Part shown: positions 26,000 to 39,049 of the stretch, piece after piece | Numbering within the stretch: the first letter of the stretch is position 1 | How the letters are laid out: every line of letters begins with the position of its first letter | Assembly (NCBI GenBank): GCA_015680685.1 | Contig: MNCI01003377.1 | Coordinates: 609,604 to 673,603 of the forward strand | Source of the DNA: Gnetum montanum | Lineage: Eukaryota > Plantae > Gnetophyta | Reading direction: 5' to 3' | Length of the DNA stretch: 64,000 nucleotides | The notes under the pieces: generated by a model | Databases searched by the model: none | Told to the model about the DNA's origin: nothing | Seen by the model: only the letters and a program-made list of their open reading frames with translations | Made by a program: the position numbers and the translations under genes

Positions 26000-28900
26000 A
26001 AAAAGGGGATATGAGCTCATAGATTGAGATGGGAAGGAGTAGATTTCTTCCCCATATGACAAGATATCTTGACAAATGTCTATGCCAGAATCCTATCTCA
26101 ACTAATTAAGATGGATAAAGAAGAGGAAAGGTGTAGCTCAGAGGAGTAGCAGGAAGAGAAGGATGAATTTAGGGTTGAATTTGAGCCCAAAAACATACTT
26201 GGTGGGTTATTCCAACAAGCAACCCCCAAGGGCATAGTGCTCTATTCTACTCCTTTTGGTTTCTTCATGGGCTAGGTGTCATCATTCTCTACCCCTTTCT
26301 ACCTAATGATGGTTGATCCCATGCTAGTCATCACTATGCACCAAACACAATCAGTGCCATAGTCAACCATGTTCCACTTCTCCATTCTGTTCACCACTTA
26401 GCCACGGTCCATATGACCTTCGTTGGTGATTGTTACTACCACCAACATGTTGACCACTCAAGTGGAATTAACCATGGGACCCCTAGCAACCCATGGGTCA
26501 CACACCCCTTTCATTCCATTTGTGCCATAGATACTCACACAAACATCATTCTTCTTGTTTGGCCCACCAACCACACCAATAACACAACCACTTCCTTCCA
26601 TTATACAACCAATAGCAAGACCATAGGCATCGCAACTCATGCATCAACCCTTTGTCCAAAGCCCATAACCAATAGGGGCATGACAAAGATTGGACCAAGC
26701 TTTCTAGATGATCCAAGACTTAATTGAAGAGCTAAGAAAATTCAAAGCCTTAACATCCCATACTATCAAGATAATGGACTTTTACCAAGATGACCCCATT
26801 AGCCCTATGGTTCCACTACTAACTCATCCTCTTGATATCCCTATGTGATAGTTCACCAAGTACAATTGAAAAGGTGTTTTGAACACTCATCTAATTACCT
26901 TTTTCTTTGAGTGCTTGTTGTTTCAAGCCTAATCGCATACAATTATGCAAATCGTCTTTATGTCTTTGGTAGGAAAAGTGCTTGATTGGTACCATGCCTT
27001 GCCAAGAGGATCCATATCCTCTTTTGATGAACTAATTTTGCAATTTGTTAACCATTTCAAGTATAACTTGAAACCTCATACCATGCTTGACCAACTAATG
27101 AAGGTCAAACAAGGACCCCTTAAGCCAATGCAAAAGTTCATCTAATGATGAAATGCTCTACTCAATAAGATACCAGAGTTGATAGCTGAAACATATCTGT
27201 TAGCTATCTTCAAAGGGATGGTTAATGACTTCCTAAAGTCAAAATTATATTACCTTGATCCATGATCTCTTAGTCAAGCCTTTCCCCAGAATAAGAACAT
27301 AGATGATGCTGCAAAAGCTAGGCATGATCTTATCCACTTGGTGTATAAAAATCAACATACATATAAAGAAAAGGAAAAGGATAGGCAGAATAATGTAGCA
27401 ATTGCAACCATGACTAAGGAGAGTAAATTAACTAAATAGGGGCCGAAGGCTAACCAACCCAAGGCCCCTGCTGTCAAAAATAACAACTAACCCTCAACCT
27501 CTAGGGCTAGTACATTGACTATGTCTAGGCCTAACTTTATGCAAAAATATTGGTAAAAATATACCAAGTTACCGCTTAAGTTGTTAGAGCTTCTAGACCA
27601 ACTATTGAAGAGTGGTAGGATTCAATACAAGAAAATGACCAAGATTGCCTGTAAGAGGCATGATAGGCTATGAAAAATAGTGAAAGACCTTACTCAAGCA
27701 ACTAAGGATGACCCTCTAGTGCCCAAATACTTTAATATTGACTACTTCTACCATTACCACTAGTTGCTGGGTCATGATACCAATTTTTTCCTTACGCTTA
27801 AAGACAAGTTGCAAAAGATGATCAATAGGAGGGAACTAGTATTAGATACTTTGAAGTGAGCTAGGCCTCATAACCAGTCAATGTATGTGTATAAGAACCC
27901 ATTGAACACCACAAATAATTTATACATCATATTAGCATTCAATGTTGATGACAATTGGATACCTGTGAGGGAATCATTCATGATTCAGGTGCGCAATTAC
28001 AATGAAAGGGGCTCTTTAGCTCCTACTAGTTTAAAACCCCATTTTGTTGTAAGGGTACTGTCATGAATGCCTCCTTAGGAGCCGCTTCTCATTAGAGTAC
28101 CCTAGCCTTCTATAACATAACTTGTTCCAATAATAGAACAACCCCTTGTGATGACCAATGCAACATGCTCTTCCTTGCAACCAACTAGGGATAACAAGAA
28201 AGCCCTAACTAAACAATGGTAGAAGGCTACGTAGAAAGACAAGAACAACACTAATAAGAAGATGAGATTAGGGAAATAAGTGGGCCTATCAAAGGCCACT
28301 CCCACTTCATTTGTTCCCATGCTTTCTACAACCTAGGCTACTTCAACAAGTAAACCATGGGAGGAACTAAAACTCGAAGGAGAAAAGAAGGAGGTTAGGC
28401 CACAAGAATAACCCAAGCATGAAGTTCATATTATGGGGTGCATGGAGGAAGTCAAAAATAAAAAATCAATAATTAAATAACAAATACCTCCTTAATGCAA
28501 TGAAATAGGTTAAGTAATCACTCAAACAAAAGAACACAACCTTGAGTTTGTATGACCTAGTCATGACTTTTGCTATCCACTGTAAGGCATTGGTTAAGAT
28601 GTTGACCTTTATTCTTGTTAGCAAGGATGTCCCCACTAATGAAGAGTCTATCCATGTGGTCATGCTACCCTCTTTGCCCAAGGAATTAAAGTCAACATTG
28701 CTGGTATTTTTTGATGGTGAAATCAAGATAAATCTTGAAAATGGCGAAGTAACCAAGGTGCCTCTCTTTATAACCATACAAGTTGGGCAATATAAAGTAC
28801 ATAGGGTACATGTAGACAATGGGATGACAACGAATGTCATATCCTATACCATTTTTAAACACTTAGGCCTAATAAAAAAAAATGCAACATATGATGATCT

Positions 28901-29405
28901 CAGCCCTTAAATCTTTTAATGGATCACAGGTTACCATAAAAGGTTTCATTTCTCTATATTTTGTATCAAGGGAGCAATACCCTACAACAACAAATTTCTT
29001 AGTGGTAGAAGAAACATCAAGATTCAATCTCATCTTGGGAAGACCTTGGCCAGCCCAATTGTAGGTTGTGTCTTTACCTATTTACCAAGAAATTCACTTG
29101 CCTTATGAGGGAGTTGAAATCATTATTCATGGTGAAAGTACAATCTCGTTAGCTATTAACAATGTTGATGTAGAACAAGGGTCTGAAGTGGAGTTTCAAA
29201 AAGAAACTCCTACCATTGGCCACAAAATTAAAGAGGTTGATGGAGCCAAAGAGGCTAAAATGAACAATGATGAATCCATTGATGTGTCATGGGGAGAGCT
29301 CCCCTTCAACCTTATTAGTGAAGGAGATGGAGAATATAAACTAGTGCAAAAAAAAAAACCATATACATTTCCCAATATTTCAAAGATTAGGAAATACTTG
29401 CATAG
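26000..29405 (+). pseudogene. gag: gag-protease of element B
   Basis: SLVGKVLDWYHALPRGSISSFDELILQF (gag), HYH*LLGHDT knuckle, VHRVHVDNGMTTNVI and FNLILGRPW (protease). Start approximate. Confidence 0.88.
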
Positions 29406-30049
29406 GTGATATATGCTCCTAATCCTTCTTACACCTTATGCACTCACAACACTATAACTATATGTACTTATAGCTTGATAGCCTAGTTTATACTTATTTT
29501 TGTTTTTTGTGACCTTGTTTTCTTTTACGGTGAATTTCTTATTTACCTATATCTTAAAGTTTACCTTTTTTTTACATTATTTTACTTTTGAAGCCTATTT
29601 ATTTTTGCTCAAAAAAGCCAAAAATGTCATAGAAATTTTAAAACTGAAAAAATCATACAAATCTTTAAAACATAAAATAACAAAAAATTATGTTTTCTTT
29701 TACGTATTGTATAGCCTGCCCTAGTCTTAAATTGGCAAATACCACATGACCCAACTTAGCTTTATTTTATGACTTTATTTCATAACTATTTTTACCTTCT
29801 ATTATAAAACAATTGAGCCTAGCCAACGTAGCCTCCAAATATAGATTACAACGTAGAACCATAACATAAACAAAATCATAACGTTATAACATCATAACTG
29901 GAATTAAGATTTGAAATTTAAAATTAAAGTTAAAATGTCCATAATATTAGAACCATGGCCATATAATGTATCAAAAATGAAAATTCAAATAATAAAATAT
30001 TTTGGCTAACACTAGCCATACATTATCATAAACATGAAATAAAAATAAT

Positions 30050-31982
30050 TGAAACTGAAAGGCAACTGAGGGAACTAAGGAGCATCTAGTCGAGAAGGTG
30101 TAGCATCATCTCCAACCTCACTGTTGGGGCCACCGATGTCTTCTAGTGCCTTTAACATGACAACACAAAACCAGTTAGTAACCAACATACATCAAAATAA
30201 AATAAATAAAATAAAACCAAAGCTAAAACAAGCAAACTTGAGATGGTTTTGGAGCCACATGTTATTTGGGAAAGCTCTGAAGAACAACCTATAGATGGTG
30301 GAGGATTTGATCTTTAGACATGTTGTCCTAGGCCATGTCCCCAAGATTAATACCTATTTAGGATATTAGTCCTATTGATGTCACTTCATGTAGGGGGCTC
30401 ATGTGAGAACATGGTAGTAGTTGGTTTCCCTAAAGTAGTAGTGATTTGATGAGTAGGGGAGTTAGCTACAACCATGTTCTTCAAAAACATCTTATAGACT
30501 TCCTTTACATTGATATCCATCATGAAAAATTTTAGCTTCTGTCACTCTATAGACTTCTCCTTTAGCCAGTTAAGGTAGGCATCTTGTTTAGCTTTGTACA
30601 TCCTTTTGTGTATGATCCCACTCAAGGATCTAACCATAGTAATCCTTCCACTCACCAGCCTTCTAGTTAATGAGATTGATTTGGATCTTTTGTTCTACAA
30701 TCTATCTGGAAAGGGCAAGCTTGCCTTGGATCACATTCCAATAACAAGTTCAAGTTATCTCCCTAGTATGTAAGAAGTCCTTGTTGTTTACTTGGACTTC
30801 TATGAAGTTTTTTTCATCCTTGAGGTTTGTTACCTCCTCTTTCAGCTTCTTGTTCTCCTTCCTCAATGATACAGCTTGGTCCCATAGGAATTCATTGGAG
30901 CATCTACATTCTAACAAGGACTTAGCACATGAGAGAGCACATCCAATGGCACCCTCATATAGCCCATGTGGGACATTCTCTAAGTCAGATGGTAAGGGAG
31001 ACAATGCTTCAACCTTCACTGGCTTGTTAGGATCCCATCTAAGTTAAGGCACTGTGACCAACATAAAACAATGTTCAATAAATAAAACCATTTAGTAATA
31101 AAAAATACATAACCATGGAGATCGAATAAAAGACCAAAAATATAAAAAATAATAAAGGAAAAATGGGTTGAAACTATTAACAATCTCAAAAGCTATCTAT
31201 TGTAATTGGCTGATCATATCTTTAGCTACACCCTACATAAATTCAAGTTTATTAGGGGTTTCCACCTATGGTTGCATGTAGAAGGTAGAAGTGGAAGCTT
31301 CTGCCTATGGCTCTTGGGCTACAACAAGTGTAGTAAGTAATCAACAACCATAGGCAAAGATATACATGAATAAATGGAAGATAACATATACAACACTTAA
31401 AATTAAAGATTATAAGTGCCTGAGAGTTCCTATGATATAATGATAGGAGGTTCACTTAGTTGTGAATCCTCTAGCATGGTGTCAAAGTGATCCATAGAAG
31501 GAAGAGGGTGTAGGTCCTTGTTTTGCAATGCATCATCCTCATAATGTCTTAATATTTTCTCTTCTTGGCATTCTAGTTCCTCCTCCTCCTGACACCTTCT
31601 TTCTTCTTCAGCATCCACTACTACAACCCTAGCTTCATGTTCCTATTACTTATCTACAAGAACATCAATGATAAAAACATAGAATTTTGTCTAAAATAAA
31701 ACATGTACCTAACTTAAAACCATAACTTTAAAACAAATTAATGAAATAACAAATTAGGATATAACATACCTCTAACATCATGATGCATATCTCTAAGCTC
31801 TACGATCAATCTCTGCTTCTTCATAGGCTCCTTGATTATTAGTGCTATCTCACCCACCAAGGGTCTCTTAAGCTTAGCCCTAGTTGTTCCCTCAGCTTCT
31901 CTACATAAATTTAGAGTCTTCTTGATGCTAGATGGTACTACGAGAGGTTTTTCCCTCATGCTATCAAAGGATGCACAATGTC
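30050..31982 (-). pseudogene. 3' exons of a spliced antisense accessory gene (Glu-rich and coiled-coil protein)
   Basis: Intron 31654-31769 (GTATG..TGTAG) joins HHDVR-D in frame to VDAEEERRCQEEEE. Further acceptors at ~31320 and 31052 keep phase 1. Stops seen are TAG/TAA, consistent with deaminated Gln codons. Confidence 0.7.
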
Positions 31983-34245
31983 TGTTAACCTTTTGGTATG
32001 TCAAAACCTTAAGGAAAATGGAGAACATAGGATGGTTATGTGGTGTTGTGCTTATAGGGTAGGATTGTCTAAGGACAAGGGTTTCATAGAGACATCATCA
32101 AAAAATTGGATTAAGATAAGAAGATATGTGGAAGTTTGATGAACATGGACAAGGAACAAAGATTTCAAAGGACAAAGGAAGCTAAAGAAAGATGTCTCCA
32201 GGAAACAAAAGACGTCTTGGCAGAATTGAAGGGAGCATAGGCAAAGATGTCTCTAGAAAATACTAGACATATTTCATTAGATAAATACATATTTTAACAA
32301 AAAAAGACATCTTCTTAGAATGAAGATTATTTATAGAAGGTTTCTTTCATTAGAAGAAGATGTCTTCCTAGAATGGAGGCCAAATTCAAAAAGATGTCTT
32401 AGTCACGAAGAAGATGTCTTACATGATCGTTAGGTAGTCATTGCACAAGTTTCAAGATGAATTTGGAAATATAGTGGCTATAATATGAAATCATCCTCAT
32501 TAGAAAATGCACAAGCTTATGTAATTTCATTGTGTAATCATTAAGCAATCATTAAATTAATTATTGTTCCTTATTGAGCAATCATTTTTTTGTTGTAATT
32601 GGTTAATGTGAGTGGTGCCTCAAAGCATAAGGATCAGAAAATTTAGTTGCATTATTTCCTTATGATTGTAACTCTCTTATTTCCCTATAGGGTTGATGTG
32701 ATTATTATGGAAAGGCATCTTTCTTGAGCTTTTTAGGATCTTGTGGCATTAAGTGTTGGTGTAGCACCAAAATACTCCAAAGCAGAGCTCAAAGTTGTAA
32801 AGGTAGTGGGATCCTTGAAATCACATTCTAAGCTTGATAGGACGTTGTGGGGTTGAGTAGATTCATAGCATTGAATCACTCTAGAGTGGAGCTTAGTGCT
32901 TGTACAAGGTGTGGTATGCTTCAAACCACAATTTGGAAGAAACAAAGTTTGGAGATGTGCTTGCGAACCACCCTCTAAGTGTGGACAACCCAATTTGGGG
33001 AACCATGTTAAAATCATTGTGTACTTTGTGTAAAATAGTTTTATTTGGGAAACATATTCATTCCCCCCCTTCTAAGTTCAATGATCCTCAAGTTGTATCA
33101 AAGCCTGGCACTCTTGCTCTCTACATCAATCTTCAAGAGCAAACATGGAAGGGACGATCAACATTGGACACATCTAGACAAAGAGCATAATGTACATCAT
33201 CAAATGGTGTGCTTAATTCATGTATCACATCTATTATATAGGAAAGTCTTTCATTTTCTTCCTCACATTTAGAGATATAGAAGACTATGCTTGTAAAGTT
33301 GACAATCCTTATGATCATCAAAATGACATTTCCTTTGAAGAAAGGAATGAGATATTTTGTCATAAAATTCTTTCTTTTCAAAATTTGTGCATTGAGGTAA
33401 AAGATGCTTTACATGCCAAGGAAATAAAAATTAAAGTTATTAATGATGAATGCTCTTATCTCAAAAAGGAAAACTTAGAACTTAGGAATGAGATTCAAAG
33501 ACTAAAAAATATGATTGAGTAGATGAATAAGAACTCTATGGAGGAGTCCAAAGACCAAAAACATCTTTTATCTAGGTTTGGTAAATCTTCTAAACTAAAA
33601 AATTTGAAATGCTTATTTTGTGGTAAATATGTTCATAATAATTCTTTTTACTATCTTTTAATACATCACTACTCTTGGTCTTTGCAAAACCATCCTAGAA
33701 AGAAAACCATGTAAGTTTGGAAAGGAAAATAGGGAAAGACTAAACTGAATTTGAAAGCTCAAATTACTTTCTCCAATGAAAAATATAGCACGTGGTATAT
33801 TGATAGTGGTGTTCAAGGCACATGAAAAGTGACAAATCCTACTTCACCCACTTCACAGAACAAAATTGTAGAACAGTCACATTTAGAGATGACATGGAAG
33901 CACCTATAACAAGTATTGATACCATAGGAGGTAAAGGTAAGGGATTACCAACTATAAACAAAGTGTTTTTTGTTGAAGGATTAAAACACAATCATCTTAG
34001 TGTAAGTCAACTTTGTGATTCAAATTTTAATGTCACCTTTTCAAAATAAAGTTGTAGAATACAAAATTTATCTACTAGAAATGTTATGATTGAAGGATCT
34101 AGAAAAGGAAATGTGTATACCACTATTTTTTGAAATTATCCTAACTTTGAATCCAAGTGCTTAGTAAGTTGTGTTGATGATATACATCCTTGGAATAGGA
34201 AGTTGAGCCACATAAATAAGGAAATTCTTTAAACCTTGGTATCAA
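31983..34245 (+). mobile_element. SIRE-like Copia 5' fragment (LTR, PBS, deleted gag, protease, gag-pre-integrase)
   Basis: LTR 31983-33090 is the reverse complement of the copy 1 LTR. PBS TTGTATCAAAGC at 33093-33104. WYIDSG.SRHM..VEGLKHNHLSVSQLCD and WNRKLSHIN follow. Confidence 0.85.
33220..34245 (+). pseudogene. pol: SIRE-type gag C-terminus, protease and gag-pre-integrase
   Basis: ORFs 33220-33522 (coiled coil), 33523-33714 (CLFCGKYVH) and 33822-34049 (protease). Confidence 0.85.
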
Positions 34246-34249
34246 ATTT

Positions 34250-35770
34250 TTGGTGATCATTTGGTATTGCCAACATTGGTGACCTCTGGGTCTTGTGACC
34301 TTGGGAAGTCACAGGATCAAAGGTGTTCTTCAAACAAGGTTTAGATGCTTGTTGGTCTCTGGCAATACGATAATTCAAATACCTCCAAATAAACTCAAAA
34401 GTTATGAAATGTACTAGATGTGAGTATGTGTTTTTGCTATTGTGAATGTTGAAATGGTTGGGTTGTGTATAAAATTATAATAAGCTATCATAAAAGAGAT
34501 TTGGCTAACTCTATCAAATAGTTTTTACAGATTCCTATTTTGTTCAATCATTTAGTCTATATGATTCCTATAGTAAACTACTTGTAACAAATAAAATTTT
34601 TCAAAAACATTTGAGCACAATTCTTCCAATCTACTCCTAATTTCCCCTAGAGAGAAAGTTCCACAAGAAAACTAGAAATAGAGTGAGATTCAATGGACTT
34701 AGAAAGAGAAAAAGAAGAAAGCAGATTTATGTAAAATCTCAAATATTTAAGCAAGATAAATTGACATAGGAAAAAATTTGCATTAAAGCTATTCCTATTC
34801 AATATAACTATGAATTGTCCAAACCCTTTGAGCACAACAAGCAATTTCACAAAGACAATCTTCTTATACTAGCAAAAATCTCTATGTAAACGACAAAGTC
34901 CAAGTCTCTATTTTGGCTAGTTAATAGTTGTCAAAGATTGCATTCAATAGAGCCTTCAAAAAATTTGACAATTTCAAGATTGGAATACCAAGGCAATACA
35001 CTTTAAAATAATGAAGCTATTTTAGTCATCTCAAGATATCAAAGACTTTCCGAGATCCTTTATGCTCAAAATAGACAATTTCGTTAAGACATTACTATTA
35101 AATTACTCTTGAGGCTTTTCAACAACATAAGCTCTTTTATGGCCAATATTAATAGAAATATAATATTGCATAAAAACAAAGCAATAAAAGAAACTTAGGA
35201 AAAATCCCAAAATTAAATGCCAAGCACAATACTATCTAAACATTAGCTAAGTAACTAAAACAAAATGGAAAGTAATGGACTCATAGGATTAAAACAAAGT
35301 AGCCAAATCGATGTCTTAAGCAAGACATCTTACAAGTAATTTTCAATTGTCTTTTTCTCCCAATATCTTCCAATGTGTCCTAAAATCTATCCTTAAAGCC
35401 CTTTTTATAGTGACTTTAAGGTAGTTGCAATCATCATGAAAAGTTCAAGTGGGTAACAAATATCTAAGGAATTAATTTATAACCACCATAAGAAGTTGTA
35501 ACTTCTATGAGAATTTTAAGCCATGGTTGGCAAGTGTCTCATGAAAAATCACAAATATCAGGGGAACATAGTTATAAATTCTTATGGAAGTTATAACTAT
35601 TATGGAAAATCTTCAATTCCAAAAAAATAAAATTATATTTATCCAATGTTCATAAATCCTTCCTTCTTAGACCATAAACCCTTACCCTTTTACATGTTTA
35701 AAAGCTTGACAATTTTTAATTTACAAAATATCATTATTAAGGTTGCATAGCCTTAATACTTTATACATCA
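34250..35770 (-). repeat. Unassigned LTR-like noncoding segment
   Basis: Ends ...TACATCA, has a minus-strand TATA-like CTATAAAAAG near 35405 and an LTR-like composition. No partner LTR or TSD found. Confidence 0.35.
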
Positions 35771-36899
35771 GCAAGTTTGCATAAGATGTGTGAACATTTG
35801 AAGGGGTGTATAGGTCCTATGGCCATCTTGCCACACATAGTGCCACTTTATTCTTGGGTTAAGGAAAAAATGCTACCATTTGCCATTGATTTCCATTTCT
35901 TTGCTAATACTTGCTAATGTTTCTAGGTCCTTTGCCATTGGAGTCTTTCCCATTTTTGAAGTCGATGATTCTGAACTCCTCAGCAACCATAGGTGTTTCA
36001 AGATCCTTCATCGCTATCACTACAGCATCATCCACTACCATGTGCTTCCATCACTAGTAGAGTTGAAGAGTAAGGAGCAATTATGGTGAAAGCTAGAACC
36101 CTATGTGAACATTCCAGAGCAGAGATTCATTGATTGTAGAAATCATCCACCATTTTTGAACCATGATGAACATCATCAGAGTAGCAGTGTTGGAGAAAAA
36201 TTATACTCATTATCACTTCTTTAATTTTTTTGTAGCTTTTTCAATTCTTTGTTTCCTTGGTTCTTCTCCAATATTATTTTTTGCATGTGGTCATTTTGAT
36301 TCCTATGGTTTAATTTAGCAGTATGAGAAATTTTAAATGAAGTATGATCAGAGGGTAAAGGGCATTTCTGTTGTAGGATTCCTTCCATTTCCATGTGATG
36401 TTTAGCCCCTTTCAATATTTCTTAGTGCCTTTTTACTTCATTACACCAAGACCTAATAATAATTGGTTGATGTTATAGGTTTAGGGTGAGAGCAATGTAG
36501 TTGAATTTTGAAGCCTTAATAGACACAAAATTGGCAATTATGTTTTGTGGGTCTATCTCTTTGTTGTTTTGTTTTGTTTGTTTTCTTTTTTATGAATGTA
36601 GATGGAAACCTCTATGCACTGGTTCATTTGCCATGACTTCCACATTGAATTGGATTGCGTTTTGCAATTGCTTCATGTAGTAGAATAGGATCAAGAAGCC
36701 ATGGATGCATTCAACCCCTTCAATGAACCCTCTATTAGGTGACATTTTCACTTCCTTGAGGTCTTTGTTTAGAAAACTTTGGATAAATACAACAGTCTTC
36801 ACAAAAACTTGTTGCAAGATAACAAATTTGAATTACTACAACTGTAAATTTTAATTAACTACTTGTTGTTCTTAGAGAGTTATTTTGATTTTATTTAAT

Positions 36900-38467
36900 A
36901 AATATCCTTCTTGCCCTTTCTACAGATTTGTTGTTTTTCTTCTTCTATTGCATATGAAACCAAAGTCACTGTTTCATCCCCATTGTTTTTTTTTTTTGGA
37001 AATGAAAAGAAATAAAGCTTCTGTGATTTATTTTCTCTACAATAGGGATTGATATTGTAGAAAATAATTGTAGATAAAACAAGCATTTTTATTTTTCCCT
37101 TTTGTATTTTCTACAATTGTAACATCTTCTGAAGGCTCAAGTATAGATGTTACTAAGCCATCTTGATTATTCTTAGTGAATTTAAGAGTATAGTCTAAAA
37201 TTTGATGTAGAAATTGGGTACAACTAATGATACTATCAACTAGTTATTCCTCTCATTAAAGCAAATAATAAGGGAAATAATTCTTTTAACAAACACTCCT
37301 TTTTGGAAAGCCTTGTTTTGATAATTATTTAACCAAATTCAACAAATGGTATTATGGACTTGACTCTTTTTTTTAAAAAACTTTCATAACTTGACCTTTT
37401 TTTTTGGAAATTGTTGCCTTGAGGAAACTATAAATTCTATCCTTTATCATTATCTTGATTGACAATTTGGGTAGAAGATATTAGTCAAGACATTGCCATA
37501 TCAGAAATGGTGGCATCATTTCTGAATCATAGTCTATAATTTTACCTCTATCCTCATATGTATCATTTCTACACCATAGAGTAAAAGGAACCAGTTAACC
37601 TTTATCTCATTAGAAATATTGGAATTACCAAGCATTACATTTTCCATAACCATGGTAATGGTAATAGAAATTAATTGCTTTCCTTTAGCTTTCTTCAATA
37701 ACTCATAATGAATTAAATTGGGCAAATTTAATTCCCAACATTATCTGCTCCATCAAATCGTAGAAATGTAATAACATTTCTTACCTCCCCTTTTTGCACT
37801 TTAGTTGAGAAACATAGACTTTATTGCAAACTTTTCTTTTTACATAGAAAAAAAAATATTTTTTGAGGAAGAATTTTATCAAAATTAAGGTTTGATGAAA
37901 ATAAAACCTCACTTCTAAGAAAACTTAGTAAACTATACAAACACAATCTCATACAACTATTCTATAGGTAGAAAAAGAATAGTTAAAGTACCTCTTTTAG
38001 GGATTCTCATATCATGAATTTTCATAGGAAATTTTAGGTGTGATGAATGCTCTTCTTTCCTTTTCTTTCCTAGTTGAAGTCTTAACTTGGTCTTCACCTT
38101 TGTCTTCAAAAACTATCTTTATTTCCTTTGCATTCAACTCCTTGACTATTGATTTTTAAGGTTCTCCCAAACTAGTTACTTTTGTGTCTTGAGGCATAAA
38201 AGCCTCTCCCCAAGAATCATATTTATTAGACTCTTCTTGGTATTCAGCTTGAGTGTTGCATTCATGGAAGCTACCCCAAACATTGGAATGTATGGAGAGT
38301 CTACTAGTGAGAAATATAAACTCAGCTGAAAGCCAAAGTAAGCAAGGGTTTTCACTAGATGCTCCATGGGTGGTTTTCTTATAATAGGCTCTCAATACAA
38401 GCTTTGGATAACATCCCGTAACATATAGAATAAAAGGCCTTCTTATTTCCCTCTCTCCAAGAACCAT
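36900..38467 (-). pseudogene. Possible spliced extra ORF downstream of the Tat integrase
   Basis: Frameshifted ORFs 38156-38467 and 38176-38367, with donor-like GAG|GTACTT (~37990) and GAG|GTAAGA (~37786). No recognisable domain. Confidence 0.3.
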
Positions 38468-38959
38468 CTTTCTACCTCACACTTAAACACTTTACTTACC
38501 TTTTCACTTAAACCTTGAATTAAAAAATGATGCATTTCCAATCAATGCACATCTCCTTGTATAGTGTAAGGTGAGTTTAAAATTCCAATCAATTCTACTA
38601 ACCAACTTTGCCACTTACCCAAAATTTATTTAATTTTCATCATCATACTATTGGCTAATTCAAATTACACTATTTGGTTGTTAAAATTAGATCACCACTA
38701 AGTAGTTATCTAACCATCACTCCCACTTACACACGTGACAAGTAATGATTATTTGAGATAATATGAATTAAATAATTTAACTAACACTTTAAATTAAATA
38801 TTATTTAAACTAGCACTCTAACATATACATATTTTAATAATACTATATAGACTTATCACAGCATATGTATAGGATATATACGTTATGGTTAAATATTATA
38901 TAAGTCTATATCTATTATTTGTTATATATATTACCACTTGGCATATATATATAAAAGTT

Positions 38960-39035
38960 TAGTATGTAATACTATGTATACTAAATATTATATATTACTA
39001 TATTATATACATATATTAATATATATATATATATT
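38960..39035. repeat. TA-rich low-complexity / (TA)n microsatellite
   Basis: ATATATATATATATAT and flanking TA-rich tract. Confidence 0.7.
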
Positions 39036-39049
39036 CAAGTTGTGGGAAG

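Noticed and set aside
34237-34246. TGGTATCAAA as a PBS-Met
   Set aside because: It is in-frame coding sequence (LVS) of the Copia gag-pre-integrase region.
34276-34290. TGGTGACCTCTGGG as an Ogre-type tRNA-Arg PBS
   Set aside because: Weak match, no upstream LTR and no gag downstream.
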